A stretch of DNA of 64,000 nucleotides from Macrostomum lignano (lineage: Eukaryota): assembly GCA_002269645.1 (NCBI GenBank), contig NIVC01001381.1, forward strand, positions 1-64,000, given 5' to 3'. The notes under the pieces were generated by a model. That model worked only from the letters and a program-made list of their open reading frames with translations. It did no database searches and was not told the DNA's origin. A program made the position numbers and the translations under genes. How positions within the stretch are numbered: the first letter of the stretch is position 1; the number at the start of each line of letters is the position of its first letter. Positions 36,821 through 48,438 of this stretch are shown here, piece by piece.

Positions 36821-37552
36821 CCTACGACCGAATCATGTTACTATTTATAACGCAAAGAAGAGTCATGTTACTATTTATACCAAAAAGATGAATCATGCTG
36901 CTATTTCGCAAAAGTTGCCTATAAATACAAGTGGTCCGAAGCGAACCGGAGCTACAACAGAGAATCTTCCAGAGGGAAGAAGAGCTCCGAAGAGGAATTT
37001 TGTCGGCAAGAGACTTCCTTCAAACCAAGTCAACCGAGACTCGGCTGAGTTCTTGCAGTAAGCCTTACTCATTTGCGCCAGGTGTTAGAGTCGACTCAAA
37101 TTGATATTGTGACTGAGTCTATTTCAAGACTCCAAATTGGTTGTAGTCTCCAGAAGGACTACCCTGATAGCCATCAGAGACTATCGGTGATTACCGGAGC
37201 TATACCTAGAGTGTATTGTTGATTCGAAGCCGATCCTATTGTTTTGAACTACAGACACCGGCCGAAGACAATTCGAAACAAATAAATAGGAGCTTGGACC
37301 AGAAGCCAGAAGACTACAGAAGTCGGGCGTCTGCACTAACTGAAGATAAGAAGTTCCTGAGAACTACTCACGAGAAGTCAACGCCTTTAAGGTAAGTGAC
37401 AGCCTTAATTTGTTTACTGGCCGGTTGCCTAGCGGTAGCTAGAAGTGATTGTTCCTTGATTACTAAGAAGGTCTAAGAGATGTTATGATTTTCAGCGCTA
37501 AAAACTGAAAACTCCCTATCCTGCATTTCCTACATTTGGCGACTCAAAAGTC

Positions 37553-39501
37553 TCAAGGAAAGTAGATGCCGAACGCTTCAAACTCGCAGATGGTAAGCGA
37601 ATCGTCCAGCTTACTCTCAACCCGAATTCTGCTGCCAGCGCCGAGGCAGGAGAAGTTGCCCACTGAGAATGGCGTCAACGTGTTCACTTCGGCACATACA
37701 GCATCATTCACCGACACGGAAAAGTTGTTAAGCCGGCCGTCACAGCAATCCTGTCGGTTGTACAGAACCACGTGCGTGACGATTGACGGTCGAAGCAATT
37801 GAGCCTCCCACCATTGGTTAGGAGATGCGTTTGTGTGCGTACAGGAAAATTCTGCATTATAGTCTGCATTTTTGTTTCCATCGATAGCTCGACTGCAAAC
37901 TGCCGACATATACACTGAGCGCTGGCTGCAGTTGGGGATGGAAAGCTGCCGTACTGTCCAGTCTGAAATAAGTGATATTCCGGGATAGTTAAAAATCGTC
38001 ATGACCTGAAAATCTACTAACTACTACTTCCAGCAGCATATAATCTACCAGAAATGGGCAAAAATATTCATGAGCATTTTTCTGCCCCGAAATGCCTCAT
38101 CAAGTTGCCATCATGACACACTCCATATCTGACCCTGGCTGATTGGGTTTTTTGCATCCACGCCTCGCTGAGACCAATTAAAAAGCTTCGTAGTCAGGAC
38201 AAGCTCATTTTAAGGGTTACTAGCGTATCTCGCCCTGGGACCATGTGAATGGATAAATGGCTGCACTGTACATTTAAATGCTTGTGACTGCTTAGTTAGT
38301 TGGTTGCTAGTGAAGAGGTTGGGCGATGCTATGGGGGACAGTACCACATTGTAGGGTAGCAATAAAGCAACCTGTCACCATCCATCGGCCTTGCTATTAA
38401 TTTGTCGTAATTTTTCGCATTGAAATGAAGTTGATAGAACTTCTATACAACAAACGCTATTGCTTTAGCTGGATGAGTGTACATTTATGAGCGAAAGAGC
38501 GTTGGCCACGGGCGAAGCAGATGGAAAAATAGCCCAGTAAAGTTTGTAAATAATTAATAAAGATAACTTTGAGCTCTCTCAGAGACGGATGGATTAATAA
38601 ATGCGTATTCCAGCCAATTAATTGCAGCAAGGGAACCAGCACTAATGAGAACAGAAGCGCTAAATGTTTTGCGAGGGGCCGCCATCATGTTTGCCATGCA
38701 GTCTATCGGCAGCCACGGTCCCCCTATACCCCTAGCTGGCTATGATGCAGACAAGATAGAGATAGATCAGTTTTTCTATGTCAGATTGTCGTTGGAGCGT
38801 TACCAAAGGGAGACAGAGGGACATACGCACATGCATGTACATAGACCATCCTATACGTGCTGCATCTGAAGCTAAAACGCTCGTAAAATTGACTTCCTTT
38901 ACCGAGGAAAAACAGCTACACTGTAACACAGAGACAGATCTTAAAGCTCAGACCCCCTTGCTGAAAAGACACTATAGCTATACAAGCACTTTTATGCACA
39001 ATAGGAGTTATGAAAAAAATTGAGCCCCTTGCTTGCCCATTTTAATTTCCTTTTAAGGACCATCCTAAAGTTTCCTTTTTAGGGACAACCTTTGATGATT
39101 ATTATACGATGCAATGTACCATATGCGACCGATCCAAGTATCTCTGGCAACATACAGGATTTAAGAGGCACAAGCTTAGATTGATACTTACCGACAGCAA
39201 TCACAAAGATTTCAAACTGCTGCTCCGACACGGCGGCTGTCCAGGAGCTCTTCCAGTAGAAGGCGGTCGCGTTGAACAGTCCGCAGGTTCTCGTCTTGTC
39301 CTGCACCGAGTAGAATCCGAAGCACTCGGCTATTTCTGAGCACAGCTGAGAACAGTGACGCTGGTTGAAGCTTTGCGCTACTTCAAACGCGACTGGGTGA
39401 GTTCCATTGATTGCGGCACTGAGCTGCAGCTCGAGTCTGGCCGCGCTGCTCACCAGAGCAGAAGACAGCAGTGTCGATAGGAAGTTAAGAAACCAGTTCA
39501 T
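37553..39501 (-). CDS. Secreted PAN/apple + F-type lectin (fucolectin) protein, 239 aa; exons 39501-39192 and 37962-37553
   Basis: Signal peptide MNWFLNFLSTLLSSALVSSA; PAN-like CSQLCSEIAECFGFY...TCGLF; donor G|GTAAG 39191 and acceptor ATTTCAG 37963, both phase 1; FTL domain with AIDGN and an exact H-X26-RxD-X4-R fucose-binding motif (CTHT...NRQDCCDGR). Confidence 0.85.
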
Positions 39502-39638
39502 TACTAGGTTACAATTAGAAGTTTGAGGCTGAGCCTATATTGACTTGCGGATGACAGCGAATTATTCTGTTTTCCAGTTTATTGCATGCATACATGTATA
39601 TCAGACAACAGTTTTGGAATATTTGCAAATCTCTTTTC

Positions 39639-39652
39639 GTTACCATGGAAAC
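39639..39652. promoter_or_regulatory. Candidate RFX X-box (GTTTCCATGGTAAC on minus strand)
   Basis: Matches the 14-bp GTHNYY-AT-RRNAAC consensus; about 140 bp upstream of the PAN-FTL ATG. Confidence 0.5.
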
Positions 39653-39829
39653 GGAGGACTTCCTTCCCACTGCTATTTTATTGGTCCACGCGCGGTGACC
39701 AACCAAGTTTTTTTTCTCTGACTTGCTGAGCCTTTCTTCCCGTTCCGTACTGCACATGTGTCACGGAGTTGTACTGACATTGTACATGTGTTGTGAAATG
39801 GGCGCTTATATGGCTATAATTGGTGCTTA

Positions 39830-40188
39830 TGGCTACATGTACGGTAGGTTTCAGATCCAATTAAACTCAGCAGATTCGCACGCTTCAGCTCGTCTGTCTT
39901 GATGCCTGGAGCAATCAATGCTTGCTTGAACCTTCGAAATAAGGCTCCCACTCTTCTGGGTGTGCCATGCATGGTTGAAGGCTTCGATAGTTTTAGACAT
40001 CCTCGTCGCCAATGTTGAGTCTGAGGGATCTGATGTTTTATTTGATGGCAGGAAGCACAAAACAATAATTATGACTACGCTTGAAGTGTTTGGTGCCATG
40101 CAGACTTCAGGCTCGGCAATGACAAAGTAAAGCTTACTTGTACCCGCGAGAAGCATGCAGACACCAATAGGGTATAGGTATACGCACA
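39830..40188 (-). mobile_element. Truncated Gypsy-type LTR retrotransposon 5' end: short putative LTR (about 40188-40013), PBS 40011-39998, frameshifted gag N-terminus
   Basis: ...CAACA-T-TGGCGACGAGGATG, complementary to the tRNA-Ser(GCU) 3' end; gag-like MSKTIEAF / RFKQALIAPGIKTDELKRANLLSLIGSETY; AATAAA within the putative LTR. The LTR 5' boundary is uncertain. Confidence 0.78.
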
Positions 40189-42189
40189 TGTCCCCCCCCC
40201 ATTAAAAGTTGTGGGGGCCCCTACCCCACCTTGTGACCCGTTGTGGTAATCAATCATTATTCGTCAGGGCGCCAAAATATAGCGCCTTCGGCGCCAAAAT
40301 GAGTGTCTGCGGCGCCAAAATAAGTGCCTGCATTTTGAGTGCAAAGTTTACGTTGAGTAAAAAAACCTTTCTGTGAGCTGCACTGGTTGCCATTTGGAGT
40401 AGACAATTATTGATCTAAGTGCTTCGTAAATTTTTACCGTTTCGACAAAAGTTAAACCTTTTTTTAGAAAAGTGTTAGATTTTGTTTGATTTGTCCAGTT
40501 CTCTTTCAGAAAGGATTTTAACATGTTGTTAATTCGTTACTATTATTGCCCCAATAATCTTCATTGTTCCCGCGATATCTTTTCCATACTTTCTATCTCA
40601 CAGCATTTTCTTCACTTTTAAAACGTCGGATGAATGAAACGTGTAACTGTGATATTTCCCATCCTTTCAATTATGCTGCACTGTGCTTTGGCAATTGCCG
40701 TTTCGAGTAGATATAGCGAACTATAAGTAATGTACAGATGTACATTGTACATGCAAGTAATAAAATGATGAGAAAATAAACTTCAAACATGTGCAGGTGG
40801 GTCTGCAGTTTAATCGTCTGTGGTGTTAGTCTGTTAACTAAGCTGGAAACAAGCGACAACAAAGTATGCGACCTTCAGAAGTAAAGTCAGGGTGTCAGAT
40901 AGTAGCGTGTCGTCGCCCTTTCCCCATTAGCAAATTTTTAGAATTATAGAGCAACACATCATGCTAAAATCTTTAAAACGCATGTACTAGAAAAATATGG
41001 TGGTCACCCTCAGGGCCTCAGAGGAATAGGAGGGTACGGTTCACCCCCGGCCCAAGGGGGTGGGAGGGTGGTCAACAGGAGGCTATAGCCCCCTCCTGCT
41101 CCTGCCTCCATTGCCACTGGGAGCTGGCCTGTTTTAGAAAAAAATGTGGTACCGTTGGTTCAAACGTAAAAAGTTAGTTTTTTAAAGATTTAAAGAAAGC
41201 TACAATTTTTGTAGCTTTTATAATTATTACATTCCATCCCGTAAGCAACGAAATAACTCTTTCTAAGAAAAAGATAAAACTTTCAAAACATTCACAGAGG
41301 TTTTCGTATTCTAATTTCGTAATGTGATGATCAAGGCAAGTGGACTTACTACTACTTTTCACTTCACTTCGGCAGTTATTAATATAATCCGGTAGTATTC
41401 AATCAAATAAACACACAACTTCCTAATTAATAAGCCTACCTATTTGGATAGTTTGTAATTGTATAATTAAATTAGCTTTGCCTTTGGCTTGGCAGCACAA
41501 CCTTACATTGGTGTTTGTTGGTGCTAGTGCTATAATGATATAGGCCCCCTGGCCTAGGCCTAGTCATTTTTTCTACAATCTACATGTATGTAATAATGTA
41601 TAAGCATTCTAATAGATATACTTTATATAATATAGACTTAAAATGATTGTCTAGTAGACCTAACTAGGGCCTATGGCACCTGGTAAAATTTAGAATCCGT
41701 AGCGGAATTGGAGTGGAATAGCTCAGTAAAGTGCTGAATCTGCAGTGGAATGGTAAAATGCAGAATGAGCAACAGAATCCAGTAACTTTAACTAAAATGC
41801 AAATGCAAAGTAGTTGAAGTGCATTATGATATATTAGGCCTATATAATCTTATAACAATAAAGCTTTCAAAATTTTACCGAACTTACAAACTACTAGAGA
41901 GAGAATTATGATAATAATTTTCAACACTCATCAGCCATATTATTCATGAGAGAACCTATATTACTACTTTGTGTAAAGTCCAATACTCAATAGATGCTGC
42001 TATATCTAGTTCAGTTTGCCTCAATATAGAATCATATTAAAATTTCTTTATATAGGTCCCCTATTTTTTTATACAGTTACATTGCTATAGGCAAAGATAT
42101 ATATTTAATATTTCATTTTTTGATTCTTATATTTTGCATTTTACTTCAAGTTAGTAGGCCTAGATTTTGCATTATCATTCCACTGCAAA

Positions 42190-42660
42190 TTCTGCATTTA
42201 ACTTGTAACAGGCCTTTTGGCTCCCTATGAGAATCCCACTAAATGCCACCAAAAGCTGTCCCAGGGCTCTTATTTATTCCTTTGTTTAGCCTTAGGCCTA
42301 CTTGCTGCCACCAAGCTGTTGGGGTTATTCCTTCATGTTAATATTGCTGGTTATTACTTGCCTTTTACTTGTAGCGCATGTACTTCTATTGGTAGCGTCT
42401 GTACTTCTATTGGTAGCGTATGTACTTTTATTGTACTTTCTGGCCTAAGTGGTCTATTGGCACTGTCTATTCTATTCCTATATTCCCTTTTTAAAATATT
42501 ATTCTCCTAGTCCTGGTGTTCCCGGGATCAGAGGGTCACAGCTCTATGCGTTTTCCCTGCCCTGAGGCGATCTTTCCTTTGCTCTGAGGCGGTTCTCCTG
42601 CCCTGAGGCGAATTTATTATTACTGCCCTGAGGCGATCTTTCGCTGTTAGCGATCTTCTC
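42190..42660 (-). repeat. Inverted, diverged copy of the 36420-36820 repeat
   Basis: TTCCCGGGATCAGAGGGTCAC and multiple CTGCCCTGAGGCG units. Confidence 0.7.
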
Positions 42661-45374
42661 CCAATTCGGGGGTAATACTTATAAAAATGAACAATCCAAA
42701 TAAGAATGCTTAAAGATTTCTTATTGAATGAACTTATTGCTTCAATATTATTCGAGCAAGCGAATGAAGCGCGCAAGTTGCTCTTCTGGGCCCCATCTGG
42801 GCTCCTATTTATATCATTTCGTATATATATATTTAAAAAAAACTTTGATTTTCTACAATATTATTTGCGCACACAACGTTAAAACAAAAATATTACTATT
42901 TGGCGGAAATTTGAATGTGGTAATTTCTAAGAAAGCAATTGTTCGTGTAAGCTAAAAATTAAGTCATATTTCATACTGTAAAGCAGATATATTACACTGC
43001 CTCAAACTGTATTATTCCATTCCATATGCACTATATTATATACTATTCCATATACTATTCCATTTTATTATACAAATCTATTATAGATTCTGCGTTTTAC
43101 TAGGTACTCCTAACCATACTGTAGGCCCTAATAAGGAGGCTATTTTTTGAAACCATAATTGACCTTTTTCAATCATTTTTAATTTTAGCAAATTTAAGAA
43201 AAACTGTTCAACTATTTATTATTCAGTTGAAAAAAAAATTCTAATTTTTTAGTTTAGGGCCTATGCAAGAAAAATTGATATTAGCTTATTATAGGTTGGA
43301 CAAGATTGAAATCATCAGGTGAGATTAGGATCTGGAATAATTTTTTTTCTTGGGATTGGGATTGGGATCCAAGAATCAGGATCAGGTCTTTAAAATATAC
43401 TATAGTTTGTATATTTCTAGGCCTATGTTCATATAGAAATATAGAGAATTAAGAAAATATATACAATATAACATAAATGAAAAATATTAGGGCCTAGCTA
43501 TTAAAGTTGTTACTGATAACTGATAACAATGTAATGAGTACAATTAAAACAAAATGCATTGAGGCCATCATCAATTCCACAAATTTTAAATCAAACAACT
43601 ATTCCCAATTCCTTTTTTAGGGTTGGGATCCTGATCCCATAGGAATCCAATTTTCTTTAGAATCCTTAGAGGGATTGGGATCCTGTTTGACCTCTATAGG
43701 CCTAGCTTATATTGACATGAAAATTGTTTAGGCCTAGCAAAAATCTTATTAGACTCTAGACTCTGGATAAGTATACATATATGCCAGAATTTTCTAGTGT
43801 ACAAAGAGATCTGGTATACACTATTAGCATACAAATTGGCATATAGGGAGGCCTTGTATACCCCTTAATTTATAGCTTGGCATAAAAAGATTGCTGAGAT
43901 AGCAAGTAAGAACCAAATTTCCGAGTCCCAAACAATATACAAGTACAAAGTTAGCATAAAAATGATTAAGTTCAAATTTGGCATAGTCTGCATGTATATA
44001 ATTAAATTAAGCTTAGTTAAATTTTTATCAAAAAGAATAGCTCCTGGCCCTTCCAAAAATTAATAAAAAATTAAATTAAAAAATCATATTTAACTTTTCT
44101 AATTCAAAAGTAAAACAAAAATAATTAGTATGGGCCTAGTAAAAAATTTACTAAGCATTTAGTAATTTACAAAATGCTAAATGCTAAATTTACTAAGCAT
44201 TGTATTTTTGTATGCTATAAAAGTTCATTGGCATACATGAGGTAAGGAAGCAATTTTTGTTCCAACATACACTGGTATACAATCCTGATCCTAGATTAGA
44301 CTAAAGACTTCAGTGAGGATCCTATGACTTGCCAATATAAAGCCCCAACAAAATATATAATAGGCAAAAGGCCTGTCAACTTAAGCTTATAAAGTAGAGC
44401 CCAAGTAAGGACTATTATATAAACTTAAGCTTATAATCATAAGTGGAGTCTTTAATTATCCCTTTGCTTGTTTTCTCCTATCCTAATTCCTAGGTCTATC
44501 TTTCTCACTTTTTTGCCAAATCTAGCTTCTTAGTGTGAGTATGAATAAAATGAAATATCATTTGTGTATATAGATTACTTGAGCTCCACTTTATAAGCCT
44601 ATTGCAAAAGGTATTAGTATGTATAACACTAAACAATCCTTTAATATACTAAAGTTAATTAAAGAATTAGACAATAAATTAGGTTTTCTAATAATATATG
44701 GAAATATTTTGTTTTTCTAATTATTTCATTTTTTCAAATGATGATGGTTTCATTTTTGCAGCAATTATTTGTTGTGTCTACTGCTTGTTGCATTGGTTAT
44801 ATGCTTGTTAATCATGCAATTTTGAGTGGTGTACAATTTACTAGAACATTTAATTGGTATAATGTGCTGGTGTACACTTTATTAGATGGCCAAATACTTT
44901 TTGGCAATAATCTAACATAATCCGCAGTATAGTATATAAGCTAAGTTGATAGGCCTGTTTTAGACTTTTAAAAATTAGTTTTTTATAAATTAATAACTTT
45001 GGAATACAATTAATAATTGAATTATATAGAAGCAAAATAAATAAACAGAAAGAAGAGAAAAGGCCTATTTTGTCCTAGAGAATTTCTTTATATATATTTA
45101 ATTACTAATTAATTATAATACCAAGGATTATTGAACTTGATAAGCCAAGGATTATTGCACTTGGTAAGCCAAGGATTATTGCACTAGCTGAGACATTGAT
45201 TTTTGCACTTGATAAGTAAAGGATTATTGCACTAGATGAGAAGACAATTATTACATTGGCTAAGACATGGATTATTGCATTACCCAAGAAAGCAATTTTT
45301 GCATTAGTGGAAGAAATATATCTATATATAATATGGGATTCTTTTTATCTAGGTATGCTTGGTATCTGCAGGAT

Positions 45375-45600
45375 GCTTGCTATCTGGGGGATACTTGCTA
45401 TCTGGAGGATGCTTGCTATCTGGGGGATGCTTGCTATCTGGGGGATACTTGCTATCTGGGGGATGCTTGCTATCTGGGGAATGCTTGCTATCTGGGAGAT
45501 GCTTGCTATCTAGGTAGATTCTTGCTATTAGGGGATGTTTGCTATCTGCAGTTCCTTACTCTTGAAAGGGGATTCTTGCTATCTGGGGGGATGCTTGCTA
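45375..45600. repeat. About 21-bp minisatellite GGATGCTTGCTATCTGGG
   Basis: Repeated visibly; an older degenerate array (GGATTATTGCAC) lies at 45120-45300. Confidence 0.85.
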
Positions 45601-45629
45601 TCTTGGGATGTTTTCTATTTAGGGGGAAT

Positions 45630-46494
45630 TAGAGCTCGAACAGGATCCCAATCTCGAATTCTCGGGATCCCGAAGATTTTTTGGGAATTCGGGATCGGGA
45701 TCCCGAAGGCTTAGAGAACTCGGGATTCGGGAGCACAATAGATTAATAATGAAGATGGTGCTTTCAACAATCAAGAGCAGTAATCAATACTAAGCTAATT
45801 TTTGTAACAGCAACTATAAATATGTTGAAAGTCTGACCTTGAATTCACCAAATAAAGCAGCAGATTTTTACTTAGTAACAGATTTGTAAAGAGTTGTACT
45901 TGTAAATAACAAACTAACGAGTAATGATAGTTTGTTAGGAATAAACAAATTTAATGCTTGTTCCTACGATTCGTACGACAGAAACTAAAGTGTCTGTAGA
46001 AGTGTCTGAATAAGTGTCGGCGAATGTTTAATACATTTTTCATGAAGCGATTCCAGAAACAGAATTTTACAAGAAAAAGCAGTATAACTAACGCAATTCA
46101 ATATTACATTAATGCAGAACAGTAGCCTTTCGTGCGATTTTTAGCCACCTTGTAACTCTTACTTTCAGAAAAAGTCTACAATGGCTCTTGATTCCTTTTT
46201 ATTTAGGTGCTCGAAAGTTAGCTATACTTTGCAAAAAGGGTCTGGATCAAGAATTGACAATTAGTATTGACTATTAGGGCATTAGGCTAGAGCTATTAGA
46301 TCAACCATCAAGGCTGAATAGCATAGATAGTCAGATAAAACTATCCTTGAATCCTTGATTCATTAGTTAGTAAGTAATATATTCCCAGATCCCGGATTCC
46401 CAAATCCCGAATACTAATCCCAAATCCCGATCCCGAAATTATTTTCAATCCCGATCCCGCCGATCCCAAAAATTCTGCTCCCGTTCGAGCTCTA
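45630..46494. mobile_element. hAT-type non-autonomous element (MITE), 865 bp
   Basis: TIR TAGAGCTCGAAC (45630-45641) / GTTCGAGCTCTA (46483-46494); 8-bp TSD GGGGGAAT at 45622-45629 and 46495-46502; subterminal GGGATCCCG/ATCCCG repeats. Confidence 0.92.
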
Positions 46495-47039
46495 GGGGGA
46501 ATGTCTGTTATCTTTGTGAGACTTTATTTTGTTGTCTTTGTTAAATTTAGAAGAAAAGAAGAAATTTATAGCAAACATCTTTCTCTGTGACAAAATGACT
46601 TAAAAAGGTGATTTTTAAAACTGAAGAAGGAATCAGTAGAAAATGTGCTTTCTTCATTGTTTTTTATAAATAATTTTACTCCTTACTTACTGGGCACCCC
46701 AAAGGGGGGCACTAAATTGCTAGTTGTAGGCACTAGGGCTAAGTTAGATTAGGACAGGCAAAGATCATTGGTTTGACTCTGCATTTTGGTAGGATAAAAT
46801 GTCTTTATTTAATGAATTTGCTCAAGTGCATGTAAAACATATTATTTTGCATTTCAAATGGACAAAGATTGTGAAAAATGAGAATAGCAAAATAGTTTGC
46901 TGATTATTATTAACATACTACTGGTATTGAAAGAATACCTGATGGCTAATTGTAATAATACTAGGCTAATATCAGGCTAATTGGGATAACATATTTTCTG
47001 GTAAAGTGGCTCGCTTGATGAAGAGTAGATAAATGAAGG

Positions 47040-47766
47040 TAAATATCAACATGAAGTTAGTTATTTATTTTTGAGTTGCCGATGTATTTCGTCCATTTGC
47101 ATTAAGACATTGTCAGGGTCTTTTTATTTAAGAAACAATTTGAACGAATATTCAGTATATATAGATAGTTGAGAGTAACAAGAGTAGTTGAATTGAGTTT
47201 TTAGTTGATGGCTTAAAACTTATACATAGTAATCAATTTTTTTGATACAGTATTGGTTGGGTAAAGTGCATATATCAGTTTCAAGCCAGTCCAGTCATTG
47301 ACAAATCAGCTAAAAAATTCTGAGTTGACGGCTAGCCCCACTTATCGCAAGTTGGTTATTTAATGTGGGCTGTTTGGTCTTAATGTACAGGGCTTCTAAT
47401 AGGCAGAGCATGTGATCTCTATTACAAAAATCAATTGCCTTTATCATTTCGTGTGGTTCAGCCTCACAACAGGAATTGTAGGTTAGCAGGTATTCGTTAA
47501 TAGCAGAGTTTTTTAGCCAGTGCTGTCTGACCCTCGTGTATAAGTGTCGTTTAGTTTTTCCTTTAAAGTGTTCTTCTGGTTTGCAGTCATTGCAGTTAGT
47601 GCATTCAAGGAGGTGAGTTTGTATAGCAGATGGTTTGAGCCAGTGTTCCCTGATCCTCGTGTGTAGGTGTCTTTTGGTTTTCCCCACGTAGGAGACGCTC
47701 TGGTCCACAGAGCAGTTAAATTGGTAGACAACACCTGCACGCAGAGTACAAGGAACACGCGACTTT
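47040..47766 (-). mobile_element. Penelope-like retroelement 3' end: GIY-YIG endonuclease ORF end (47766-47310) plus 3' terminal region; truncated by the assembly gap
   Basis: GVVYQFNC...YVGKTKRHLHTRIREH and LLEALYIKTKQPTLNNQ are typical of PLE GIY-YIG C-termini; hammerhead-like motif and AATAAA downstream. Confidence 0.85.
47079..47120 (-). ncRNA. Degenerate minimal type-I hammerhead ribozyme-like motif
   Basis: Minus strand GACC-CTGACAA-T-GTC(12 nt)GAC-GAAA-TACATC-GG: core CUGAnGA carries G8>A, stem II GTC/GAC, near-palindromic stem III, AUC cleavage triplet. Confidence 0.4.
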
Positions 47767-48438
47767 NNNNNNNNNNNNNNNNNNNNNNNNNNNNNNNNNN
47801 NNNNNNNNNNNNNNNNNNNNNNNNNNNNNNNNNNNNNNNNNNNNNNNNNNNNNNNNNNNNNNNNNNNNNNNNNNNNNNNNNNNNNNNNNNNNNNNNNNNN
47901 NNNNNNNNNNNNNNNNNNNNNNNNNNNNNNNNNNNNNNNNNNNNNNNNNNNNNNNNNNNNNNNNNNNNNNNNNNNNNNNNNNNNNNNNNNNNNNNNNNNN
48001 NNNNNNNNNNNNNNNNNNNNNNNNNNNNNNNNNNNNNNNNNNNNNNNNNNNNNNNNNNNNNNNNNNNNNNNNNNNNNNNNNNNNNNNNNNNNNNNNNNNN
48101 NNNNNNNNNNNNNNNNNNNNNNNNNNNNNNNNNNNNNNNNNNNNNNNNNNNNNNNNNNNNNNNNNNNNNNNNNNNNNNNNNNNNNNNNNNNNNNNNNNNN
48201 NNNNNNNNNNNNNNNNNNNNNNNNNNNNNNNNNNNNNNNNNNNNNNNNNNNNNNNNNNNNNNNNNNNNNNNNNNNNNNNNNNNNNNNNNNNNNNNNNNNN
48301 NNNNNNNNNNNNNNNNNNNNNNNNNNNNNNNNNNNNNNNNNNNNNNNNNNNNNNNNNNNNNNNNNNNNNNNNNNNNNNNNNNNNNNNNNNNNNNNNNNNN
48401 NNNNNNNNNNNNNNNNNNNNNNNNNNNNNNNNNNNNNN
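47767..48438. other. Assembly gap (672 N)
   Basis: Run of N. Confidence 1.

Noticed and set aside
37963-38005. FTL gene starting at ATG 38002 or using the acceptor at 38006
   Set aside because: No signal peptide, and the 38006 acceptor is out of phase with the upstream exon; the acceptor at 37963 joins in frame.
41040-41119. CAGTGGC...GGGGGCTATAGCC (minus) as the end of another hAT element
   Set aside because: Resembles hAT termini, but no partner TIR or TSD could be found.
8219-41590. Scattered TACATGTA palindromes
   Set aside because: A common enriched motif in invertebrate non-coding DNA; no spacing or positional pattern seen.
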